A stretch of 57,938 bases of DNA from Acidimicrobiia bacterium (GTDB taxonomy: Bacteria > Actinomycetota > Acidimicrobiia > Acidimicrobiales > SZUA-35), in NCBI GenBank assembly GCA_003231975.1, contig QIKW01000043.1:1-57938 (forward strand). The letters are read 5' to 3'. Shown here piece after piece: positions 20,304 through 28,610 of the stretch (position 1 is its first letter; every line of letters starts with the position of its first letter). The notes under the pieces are model-generated. The model worked only from the letters and a program-made list of their open reading frames with translations. It had not been told where the DNA came from and ran no database searches. A program made the position numbers and the translations under genes.

Positions 20304-21578
20304 ATGACCGTCTCTCAGATGCTTGAAGACCTGGCCGCGGCGCCAACGCCGTACCACGCCGTTGACCGAGCTCAGACGCTTCTGACCGACGCCGGGTTCC
20401 AGCCGGTTGACATAGCCGCATCGTTCCCCCAGGCACCGGGGCGATACGTCACCTCGACCGGGGGGACACTGCTGGCGTGGTTGACCCCGGGGCCCGAAGC
20501 AGCCGGGTTTGTGGTTGTTGGTGCCCACACCGATTCGCCGAACCTGCGGGTTCGGTCAAGGCCCGACGTCTCGTCGGCTGGTTGGGCTCAGGTTGGGATG
20601 GAGGTGTACGGGGGCGCCCTCACAAACTCCTGGCTGGATCGAGACCTCGGGCTGGCCGGCCGGGTTGTGGTGCAAGACGGCAGCGCCCTGGTTTCCAGGT
20701 TGGTGCTTGACGGGCGGGCCATCTTGCGGGTTCCGCAGCTGGCAATTCACCTTGACCGCGACATCCGGGAAAAGGGTTTGAAGCTGGATCCTCAAACCCA
20801 ACTGACCCCCTTGTGGGCCCTTGGCGACGCCAACGAGGGCGATGTGGCCACCTACGCAGCAGCGTTGGCTGGCTGCAAGGTTGAGAACCTGGTGTCGTGG
20901 GACCTGATGGCCTTCGACGTTCAGGCGCCTTGTGTGGCTGGGCTGAAGGACGAGTTCATAGCCTCGGCCCGAATAGACAACCTGTTCTCAAGCTTTTGCG
21001 GAGTGCACGGCCTCCTCAGCGTGGCCGACACGGCCGAGGGCCTTGGTCGGACTCCCGTGCTGGTGCTGTATGACCACGAAGAAGTCGGCTCAGAGTCTGC
21101 AACCGGCGCAGCAGGCTCTCTGCTGTCGAACACGCTTGAACGTATCTCGGCCTCACAGGGCAGAGGCCGGCTGGAACATCTGGAGGCGCTGGCCGGGTCC
21201 TACGTGGTGTCGGCCGACGGAGCCCATGCCACGAACCCCAACTACGTAGACAAACACGAGCCGAACCACCAAATACAGCTCAACGCGGGTGTGGTCGTGA
21301 AGCGAAATGCCAACCAGCGCTACGCATCAGATGCCGCCAGCGAAGCACCGTTTCGCCTGGCGTGCGCCGAGGCCGACATTCCGGTGCAAACATACGTGCA
21401 TCGAAACGACCTGCCCTGCGGCTCAACCATCGGGCCGATCACCGCGGCCAGGCTGGGTGTTCCAACGGTGGATGTCGGGGCGCCGCAGCTGGCAATGCAC
21501 AGCATTCGTGAGATGGCGGGGGTGTCAGATATTGCTCATCTGACGAATGCCCTGTCAGCAGTGTGGCGAATGGCCTGA
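20304..21578 (+). CDS. M18 family aminopeptidase (aspartyl aminopeptidase-like)
   Basis: GAHTDSPNLRVRSRP, VLYDHEEVGS and APQLAMHSIRE motifs. ATG 20304. Confidence 0.85.
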   Translation: MTVSQMLEDLAAAPTPYHAVDRAQTLLTDAGFQPVDIAASFPQAPGRYVTSTGGTLLAWLTPGPEAAGFVVVGAHTDSPNLRVRSRPDVSSAGWAQVGMEVYGGALTNSWLDRDLGLAGRVVVQDGSALVSRLVLDGRAILRVPQLAIHLDRDIREKGLKLDPQTQLTPLWALGDANEGDVATYAAALAGCKVENLVSWDLMAFDVQAPCVAGLKDEFIASARIDNLFSSFCGVHGLLSVADTAEGLGRTPVLVLYDHEEVGSESATGAAGSLLSNTLERISASQGRGRLEHLEALAGSYVVSADGAHATNPNYVDKHEPNHQIQLNAGVVVKRNANQRYASDAASEAPFRLACAEADIPVQTYVHRNDLPCGSTIGPITAARLGVPTVDVGAPQLAMHSIREMAGVSDIAHLTNALSAVWRMA

Positions 21579-21651
21579 CCTGCCACTAGCGTTCCGTGGT
21601 CGCCTTGCGGGCCAGCCGCGGGCAGAACAACCCCCATCGAGGAGTATCAGC

Positions 21652-23745
21652 GTGGATGCCGTCCCCTATTTGGCCTTCGTTTCAGCTATTGCCGGGCTTG
21701 GTCTTGCCGCCTATTTCTTCCAGATCGTAAAGAAGGCAAGCCCCGGCTCTGACCGGATGATCTTCCTGATGACCGAAATTCAGAATGGCGCCAAGGCCTT
21801 CCTGAAGCAGGAATACACCTGGGTTGCTGGCTTCGGCGTTGTCATGGCTGTGCTTATCGGGGCCGTTATTGCCCCCTTGGCCGCTCTCACCTACCTACTA
21901 GGGGCCATTCTTTCGGGACTTGCTGGCTACGTGGGCATGACGGTGGCAACCATGGCCAACGCCCGCACAACCGAAGCTGCGAAGACCGGCCCAGGCCCGG
22001 CTCTGGCGGTTGCTTTCCGAGGCGGCGCGGTGATGGGCTTCTCAGTTGCCGGTCTGGCCCTGGCCGGCCTCACGTTTGTCTACATCCTCTTTGTTCTTGT
22101 TCTGAAGGTTGACCAAGCTTTTGAGATCGTTACCGCATATGGGCTTGGCGCATCCACAATTGCCCTGTTCAGTCGGGTTGGCGGCGGCATCTACACCAAG
22201 GCGGCCGATGTTGGCGCCGACCTCGTCGGTAAAATCGAGGCGGGAATCCCAGAAGACGACCCCCGCAACCCGGCCACAATTGCCGACAACGTTGGCGACA
22301 ACGTTGGCGACGTTGCCGGTATGGGAGCCGATCTGTTCGAGTCCTACGCCGGATCAATCATTGCCCCCATTTCCCTGGTTGCGTTTGCGCTTGCCCTTTC
22401 GGCCGATCAGGCAACCGACACCACCAACATTTCCTTGTTGATGTTCCCGATCGCAATTGCCTTTGTGGGGATGATCGCTTCGATTATTGGGTCATTCCTG
22501 GTCAAAGGCGGCACCTCAACTGACTCAAAGGCGCTCTCCAAGGCGCTGCATCTTGGCACCAATTCGGCAATGGCAATCACCGTCGTTGCCACAATCGGCA
22601 TCGCGTTGTGGCTGTTCGGGGGAAACGACCAGTTCGAGAACCCAATCGGACTTGCCATTTCTGTGATTGGCGGACTCCTCGCTGGTTGGGCCCTTGGCAA
22701 AACCGCCGAGTTCTACACTTCCGATCACTTCAGTCCCGTCAAGAAGATTGCAAACCAAGCCGAAACCGGGCCTGCCACCACCATCCTCGCTGGTATCTCT
22801 GCAGGGATGATTTCGGTTGCTGCCTCGGTTGGGCTAATCCTTCTTGGCATCGGAATTGCCTTCTGGGGCGGCGAGCTGGCCTTTGACTCGATCGGCAGCC
22901 TCGACGGCGGAATCTATGGAATAGCGGTTGCCGCAATCGGGATGTTGGCAACCACCGGTGTGGTCGTTTCGGTCGACGCCTACGGCCCAATTGCAGACAA
23001 TGCGGGCGGTATCGCCGAAATGGCTGGCCTCGACTCGTCAGTTCGTGAAGTAACCGACGCCCTTGACTCCCTTGGCAACACAACCGCCGCAGTGGCCAAG
23101 GGCTTCGCCGTCGGCTCTGCCGCCCTCACCGCCCTGGCCCTCTTCAAGAGCTTCGAGTTCGCCATCATCCAAAACGGCGGCACGTTGAATCTCGACGTCG
23201 GCAATGTTGATGTGTTCATCGGCCTCTTTGTTGGCGCCGCACTGCCTTTCTTGTTCGCCGCCCTCACGATCGACGCGGTTGGCCGTGCCGCCCAGGAGAT
23301 GATTGAAGAAGTTCGCCGCCAGTTCCGCGAGATCCCCGGACTCAGGGAGGGCGTTGAGGGCGTGCACCCAGACTCTGCCCGTTGCGTTGAAATTTCAACC
23401 ACAGCATCCCTTAAGGAGATGGTGATTCCAGGAGCGCTGGCCGTTGTTGTGCCGCTGGTTGTTGGCTTCATTGACGTAGACGCCCTTGGCGGTATGCTGG
23501 CCGGAGCGCTCGTTACCGGCTTCGCGCTTGCCATCTTCATGGCCAACGCAGGCGGGGCTTGGGACAACGCCAAGAAGTACATCGAAGCCGGAGCCCACGG
23601 CGGCAAAGGCTCTGAGCCCCACAAAGCCGCCGTTGTTGGCGACACCGTTGGTGACCCATTCAAAGACACCTCGGGCCCGGCAATGAATATCCTGCTGAAG
23701 GTGATGACGATCGTCAGCCTGGTGTTCGCCAGCGCATTCGTCTAG
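21652..23745 (+). CDS. hppA: membrane-bound proton/cation-translocating pyrophosphatase
   Basis: ADNVGDNVGDVAGMGADLFESY and GDTVGDPFKDTSGPAMNILLK signatures with many TM helices. GTG 21652 is preceded by GGAG. Confidence 0.93.
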   Translation: MDAVPYLAFVSAIAGLGLAAYFFQIVKKASPGSDRMIFLMTEIQNGAKAFLKQEYTWVAGFGVVMAVLIGAVIAPLAALTYLLGAILSGLAGYVGMTVATMANARTTEAAKTGPGPALAVAFRGGAVMGFSVAGLALAGLTFVYILFVLVLKVDQAFEIVTAYGLGASTIALFSRVGGGIYTKAADVGADLVGKIEAGIPEDDPRNPATIADNVGDNVGDVAGMGADLFESYAGSIIAPISLVAFALALSADQATDTTNISLLMFPIAIAFVGMIASIIGSFLVKGGTSTDSKALSKALHLGTNSAMAITVVATIGIALWLFGGNDQFENPIGLAISVIGGLLAGWALGKTAEFYTSDHFSPVKKIANQAETGPATTILAGISAGMISVAASVGLILLGIGIAFWGGELAFDSIGSLDGGIYGIAVAAIGMLATTGVVVSVDAYGPIADNAGGIAEMAGLDSSVREVTDALDSLGNTTAAVAKGFAVGSAALTALALFKSFEFAIIQNGGTLNLDVGNVDVFIGLFVGAALPFLFAALTIDAVGRAAQEMIEEVRRQFREIPGLREGVEGVHPDSARCVEISTTASLKEMVIPGALAVVVPLVVGFIDVDALGGMLAGALVTGFALAIFMANAGGAWDNAKKYIEAGAHGGKGSEPHKAAVVGDTVGDPFKDTSGPAMNILLKVMTIVSLVFASAFV

Positions 23746-23766
23746 CCCGCCCTAGCGTGTTTGGCA

Positions 23767-24681
23767 ATGCCCGTTCACAAGCTTTCGTCATCTGATTCCT
23801 TCGTCGTAACCGATATTGCTGACGCCCCGGCAACCGGGGTGCTGCGAACCGGTAAGAAAATCCTTCAGAGCAGCGCCAAAACCCTGGCTCGTTCCCTTTC
23901 CTACACCTTCGCCTCGTTCGAACTGAAGCGCAGCGGGGCGTCGGCCGGATTGAATGCCGTTGGCGAAGCGGTTGGGCCAGCAACCGCCGCGCTGTGCGAC
24001 GAGTTACTGCCTGCGGTGAAGGCAGGCGAGCTTCATCTTGACCCCGGCAAGGGAACCGCTCCAGAGGCGTTGGCACCGTTACGCCAAGCAATCAACCGGC
24101 CTCCGTTGGCGGGTTCGGTTGACGCAACCGTTGCTGGCGTTGTGGCAGCCGCCGCCTGGTGCACGGGCGGGTCCCTAGATGAGGCGACGGTGGCAATCGA
24201 AGGCGTTGGAGCCATACCCGAGGCCCTCGAAATCGCTCTGGTTGAGGCCGGTGCCAGGGTCGTTGAAGTGCCAGAGGTTGCCGACGAGCCGTGGAAGATC
24301 TGGGGTGCTGAGGCCAACCTGATCCTGGCCGGATCAAAGCCTGGAACCCTCACCCACACCGGAGCAGATCTGATCAAGGCAACCGCCGTAGTTCCGTGGG
24401 GGCCGGTGCCTTTCACCACAAAGGCGTTCGCCCAGTTGCGGCGCTCTGGGGTGCAGATGCTGCCCGACTTTCTAAGCGCCGCCGGAGCCCCCCTTGCCGG
24501 GTACTTACAAGGCACAGACCAAGAAGCCGCTTCGCTGATCGAAATAGCTGCTGCCATCACCGATGCCCTTGAAGCATCCGCTGGCGATGACGGGGTGCTG
24601 CTAGGTGCCTGCTACCGAGCGGAATCCTTCCTCGGCTCTTGGCTGGATGAGCCCCTATTCGGAAGACCGTTGGCAGGCTGA
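23767..24681 (+). CDS. Glu/Leu/Phe/Val dehydrogenase-like protein (divergent)
   Basis: Weak resemblance in the N-terminus (TFASFELKRSGASAGLNA) and in a Rossmann-like VAIEGVGAIPEALEIALVEAGARVV. Assignment is tentative. Confidence 0.4.
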   Translation: MPVHKLSSSDSFVVTDIADAPATGVLRTGKKILQSSAKTLARSLSYTFASFELKRSGASAGLNAVGEAVGPATAALCDELLPAVKAGELHLDPGKGTAPEALAPLRQAINRPPLAGSVDATVAGVVAAAAWCTGGSLDEATVAIEGVGAIPEALEIALVEAGARVVEVPEVADEPWKIWGAEANLILAGSKPGTLTHTGADLIKATAVVPWGPVPFTTKAFAQLRRSGVQMLPDFLSAAGAPLAGYLQGTDQEAASLIEIAAAITDALEASAGDDGVLLGACYRAESFLGSWLDEPLFGRPLAG

Positions 24682-24685
24682 GAGC

Positions 24686-25603
24686 CTATTGCTCGGCGGG
24701 TTGGCGCGCAATAGGCGCGGAACGGGCGGCAAGCACAAAACCAAGAACGCCCGTAGCAGCCAACGCGGCAGCCACCGAGATTTCCTCTCCCAACAGAACT
24801 GATGCCCAGATCAGTGTTAACACTGGCTGCATCAGCTGTAGCTGGCTTACTCGCGCCACCCCAGCGCGCGCCAGCCCGGCATACCAGGCAAAGAAGCCAA
24901 GGAACATGCTGAAGACCGACACGTAGATCATGCCAGCCACTGATGCTGCGGTAGGCCTGCCGATCCCGTCAACGAGCAGGGCCACACCTGCCACTGGCAC
25001 CGTCAATGGCAGAGCAAACACCAGCGCCCACGAGATCGTCTGCCAGCCACCAATCCTGCTGCTTACCCAGCCTCCCTCGGCGTAGCCAACCGCGGCGGCA
25101 GCCACCGCAAGCAACAGAAGCCCGTCGGCCGGTTCGGGCCGACCCTCGGCACCGGTGAATACTGCAAACAGCACCACGGTGGCCAGCCCGCCCGCGGCCG
25201 CCATCCAGAACCGGGCGCTTGGCCGTTCACCGTGTCTCAACGTTGCCACAAGTGCAGTTGCCGATGGCAGAACACCAACCACTACCGCGCCGCGCGATGC
25301 AGGCACGAACTGAAGAGCCAGGGCGGTGAACAAAGGAAAGCCGATCACCACGCCGCCAGCAACGATCATGAGGCGCAAGCGCACGGGCCTTGGCGGCAGC
25401 GCGGTTCGTGTTGCCCTCAGCACAACTGCGGCAAGCGCGCCCGCTATCACCGCCCTCCCAATGCCAACTACCCACCCACCAAAGACCGGCACCGCAGCCT
25501 TGGTGGCAGGCAGCGTGAAGGAGAAAGTCAGAACCCCAAGAGCGCCAAGAGCCAGCCCCACCGCTTCTCGTCTACCGCTGGTAGCGCTACCCTCTTCCGT
25601 CAT
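24686..25603 (-). CDS. EamA/DMT family transporter
   Basis: About 10 hydrophobic helices in a two-fold repeat, typical of DMT. Divergent from a MocR-type regulator, a common pairing. Confidence 0.8.
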   Translation of the reverse strand: MTEEGSATSGRREAVGLALGALGVLTFSFTLPATKAAVPVFGGWVVGIGRAVIAGALAAVVLRATRTALPPRPVRLRLMIVAGGVVIGFPLFTALALQFVPASRGAVVVGVLPSATALVATLRHGERPSARFWMAAAGGLATVVLFAVFTGAEGRPEPADGLLLLAVAAAAVGYAEGGWVSSRIGGWQTISWALVFALPLTVPVAGVALLVDGIGRPTAASVAGMIYVSVFSMFLGFFAWYAGLARAGVARVSQLQLMQPVLTLIWASVLLGEEISVAAALAATGVLGFVLAARSAPIARQPAEQ

Positions 25604-26984
25604 GGTTCAGGATAGCGCTTCAGGGCGAGTGAGGCGCCATCTCGAACAGTTGATTCACCAGGGAGCGCCTGGCGACAAGCTGGCATCGGTCCGCACCCTG
25701 ATGGCAGACCTTGGAGTGTCTCCTTCCACGGTTCGCACCGCGGTGGCCGAGTTGGTGAGAGCCGGGAGTGTTGAAACCGTTGCTGGAAGCGGAACCTTCA
25801 TCTTGGCTCCCCCCACGGCGGGGTCGGTCTCGGCCAACCGTTCCTGGCAAACCATCGCCCTTGGGTCCACCCAAGGCGAGGCAGACCTGTTGGCCCCATT
25901 GAGAGCGCAGCAAAATCCGGACACGATCGATCTGGCGTCGGGCTACCCCGGGCCAAGCCTGCAACCAACCAAGCTTCTGGCCAAAGCCCTGCAGGACGCA
26001 ACACGAAGGCCAGGAACTTTCGGGCGGGCGCCAAGCGACGGCATTGGCCCCCTCAGAGACTGGTTTGCAGAGCAGCTTTCGCCATCCAGGAATCATCGTG
26101 TGCTGATTGCTCCTGGCGGTCAGGCCGCGCTGTCACTAATTTTCAGATCAATCGGCCTTCGGGGAGAAGCTATTCTGATGGAGACTCCCACCTACGTCGG
26201 AGCCATCGCCGCGGCCCGCTCTGCAGGGTTGACCCCAGTGCCCGTGCCAACCGATTCTGGCGGGGTGCAACTTGGCGGTTTCGAAGCCGCCGTCAAAGCC
26301 TCTGGCGCCAGGCTTTGCTACTTGCAGCCCCGGTTTCACAATCCAACCGGAGCAACGTTGAGCCCCGAACGCCGGGCGCCCTTGATGGATCTGGCAAGCC
26401 GACACAACCTAATTCTGATCGAAGACGACTGGCTGTATGACCTCGACCTTGCGGGCGGTCACCTCCCGCTTGCGGCCAACGATCCCGACGGTCACGTCGT
26501 CCACCTCCGATCTCTGACGAAGTCGGTAGCTCCGGCCCTTCGCATTGCGGGCATTGCCGCCACCGGCGCAATCGCTGAGCGCATCCGGTCATTGCGAGGC
26601 AGCGAAGACTTCTTTGTGTCACCAATTCTCCAAGAGACCGCCCTCAACGTTGTGACCAGCCCGGCCTGGGATCGGCACCTGCGAAGGCTACGGACCGAGT
26701 TGAAAGAGCGAAGGCTTGTGCTCCGTCGAGCGCTGGAAGCCAACAACGACTGGTGCCTCAACATTCAAGGCGGGCCGCTCCATGTGTGGCTTGAGACCGA
26801 AGACCGGATCGACCCTGACGAACTCCGTGTCAGCGCCATGCGCAACGGTGTGGCAATACTTTCAGGGACGGCCTGGCACCCCGGGGATGCGCCAGCGAAG
26901 CACATCCGGCTAAGCGTTGCTGCTGCCAACGAGGCTGAGATCATCGAAGGGCTGGCCAGGCTGCAAGAGTCGCTGCCAACTTGA
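25602..26984 (+). CDS. MocR/GntR-family regulator with PLP-aminotransferase-like domain
   Basis: N-terminal wHTH (LASVRTLMADLGVSPSTVRTAVAELVRAG) and a class-I aminotransferase-like body (RSLTKSVAPALRIAG). ATG 25602. Confidence 0.85.
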   Translation: MVQDSASGRVRRHLEQLIHQGAPGDKLASVRTLMADLGVSPSTVRTAVAELVRAGSVETVAGSGTFILAPPTAGSVSANRSWQTIALGSTQGEADLLAPLRAQQNPDTIDLASGYPGPSLQPTKLLAKALQDATRRPGTFGRAPSDGIGPLRDWFAEQLSPSRNHRVLIAPGGQAALSLIFRSIGLRGEAILMETPTYVGAIAAARSAGLTPVPVPTDSGGVQLGGFEAAVKASGARLCYLQPRFHNPTGATLSPERRAPLMDLASRHNLILIEDDWLYDLDLAGGHLPLAANDPDGHVVHLRSLTKSVAPALRIAGIAATGAIAERIRSLRGSEDFFVSPILQETALNVVTSPAWDRHLRRLRTELKERRLVLRRALEANNDWCLNIQGGPLHVWLETEDRIDPDELRVSAMRNGVAILSGTAWHPGDAPAKHIRLSVAAANEAEIIEGLARLQESLPT

Positions 26985-27030
26985 CCTCCCGGCACGCCTC
27001 GACTGCGGCCGTGACGGACCCTTCTGGCCA

Positions 27031-27077
27031 TTCTGGGTGTCTGTACCCCCGAAAAAGCGTAGTACAGACACCCAGAA
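27031..27077 (+). terminator. perfect 16-bp inverted repeat hairpin (no T-tract) downstream of the MocR-type gene
   Basis: TTCTGGGTGTCTGTAC (27031-27046) and GTACAGACACCCAGAA (27062-27077) with a 15-nt loop, 46 nt after the stop codon. Confidence 0.5.
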
Positions 27078-27132
27078 CAAAGGCCTGCGAAGTACTTGAC
27101 TCTCTCGTCGCGTGAGAGTGTTGGCTTGAGCC

Positions 27133-27543
27133 ATGACAATCAAGAGCATCTACCCCGATATTTGCGCATCCGACCTGATCGCAAGCCGAGACTTCTATAC
27201 CGCGCTCGTCGGCCTCGAGGTGGCCTGGGAGTCCGACTGGTACATCGTTCTAAATGCCCCCGGCGACGACCCGGGGAACATGCAGCTGGCCTTGGTTGCA
27301 GCCGGGCATGACTCGGTCCCCGTCGACTACCAGCACCCGCCGGCCGGAGTCCTCATAAGCTTCGAGGTCGACAACGCAGCCGAGCTTTATGATCGGGCGG
27401 TCGCCAACGGTTTGGCTGTTGCCCAAGACCTACGAGACGAGGAATTCGGACAACGTCACTTCATGGCTGTTGACCCAGACGGGTTGCTGGTTGATGTCGT
27501 CCAGTTGTTGTTCATCCCGGACGAAACGCCAGCTCAGCAATGA
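27133..27543 (+). CDS. VOC/glyoxalase family protein
   Basis: 136 aa with SRDFYTALVGLEV, FGQRHFMAVDPDGLLVDVV in a VOC-fold pattern. ATGA overlap with the next ORF. Confidence 0.8.
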   Translation: MTIKSIYPDICASDLIASRDFYTALVGLEVAWESDWYIVLNAPGDDPGNMQLALVAAGHDSVPVDYQHPPAGVLISFEVDNAAELYDRAVANGLAVAQDLRDEEFGQRHFMAVDPDGLLVDVVQLLFIPDETPAQQ

Positions 27544-27824
27544 CCGAATCGCCCGACCCGGCAGAAGTTGAGCGGATCGCTCGCCAGAGCCCGCTGGCGG
27601 CAATGACAACGGTGAGCCGGATTGGCAACCCGCGCGTGCGACTCGTCCATCCGATCTGGGATCCCGATGGCCGTGCCGGAGTCATCCTGACCGATGGAAC
27701 GTCGCTGAAAGCCCTGGACGTCCAGGCCCGGTTCGAGCTGACAACGTTCACAAACAGCGAACAGGAGGTGACACGATGGTCGAAGCCGAAATCGAGTTCA
27801 GTATCGGAGACTTCGCCAGACTGA
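27540..27824 (+). pseudogene. PPOX-class (pyridoxamine 5'-phosphate oxidase-like) N-terminal fragment
   Basis: SPLAAMTTVSRIGNPRVRLVHPIWDPDGRAGVILTDGTSLKALD resembles the first half of the split-barrel fold. The ORF is only 94 aa, and its tail overlaps the merR start by 49 nt. Confidence 0.35.
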
Positions 27825-28576
27825 CCCGCCTCACGGTGCGGGCACTTCGACACTACGACGACATTGGGCTCCTCCACCCCGTTCGGGTCGATCCCCGGTC
27901 GGGGTACCGCTACTACCAGCCCGGTCAGCTCACCACGGCTACCACGATCGCAGTAATGCGAGCCCTCGACCTCGACGTGCCAACGATCAGAGGAATACTG
28001 ACCGGCGCAACCGATGTCACAGAGATCATTGCCGCGGAACGAATCCGTCGTCAGCGCGACGCCAATCAAGCCGAGGCGGCGCTAGCGCTGCTCGATCACC
28101 TTGACAAGTCAAGCTGGCCCGACAACCAGCAGCCAAAGGTGACCGAGGTTGCGCCGTTCCAAATCATTGGCCGCAACCTCCGGGTTGGCGCAGACGAAGA
28201 GTACCAAGTTGTTGGCGCTGCCTTCGAAGCGCTATTCGCCTGGGCCGATCGGGAAGGCGTCGCCAACGACGGCGACGGCATCTGCGTGATTCACGCGGCC
28301 GCGCACGATCAGCTCCATCTCACAATCGGGGTGCGCCCGGAGACCGATACAACGGGCATCGAACTCCCGGACAGCACCGTTGCTGTCAACCTCGTTGGAG
28401 GGCCCGTCGCGGTTGCGCTGCACCACGGCCCCTTACAATCGCTCCCGATGGCCCACGCCACACTTACCGACTGGGCGTACAAGCAGAAACGTCGACCAGA
28501 CGGATCAGCTCGGGAGACATACCTCGGCCCGCTCGACGAGCAACAAACACGAATCGAGATCCCGCTGGCCCAATAG
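27776..28576 (+). CDS. MerR-family regulator with GyrI-like effector domain
   Basis: FSIGDFARLTRLTVRALRHYDDIGLLHPVRVDPRSGYRYY is the MerR HTH. The C-terminal ~150 aa look GyrI-like. Confidence 0.88.
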   Translation: MVEAEIEFSIGDFARLTRLTVRALRHYDDIGLLHPVRVDPRSGYRYYQPGQLTTATTIAVMRALDLDVPTIRGILTGATDVTEIIAAERIRRQRDANQAEAALALLDHLDKSSWPDNQQPKVTEVAPFQIIGRNLRVGADEEYQVVGAAFEALFAWADREGVANDGDGICVIHAAAHDQLHLTIGVRPETDTTGIELPDSTVAVNLVGGPVAVALHHGPLQSLPMAHATLTDWAYKQKRRPDGSARETYLGPLDEQQTRIEIPLAQ

Positions 28577-28610
28577 ACCACCTCGGTCGTGGCGCTAAAA
28601 CGAACGTTTC

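Noticed and set aside
22285-22308. 12-bp tandem duplication GACAACGTTGGC x2.
   Set aside because: It encodes the conserved DNVGDNVGD motif of H+-pyrophosphatases, so the repeat reflects the protein motif rather than a repeat element.
22980-23669. 229-aa minus-strand ORF.
   Set aside because: It is antisense to hppA, whose coding signal and conserved motifs are unambiguous.
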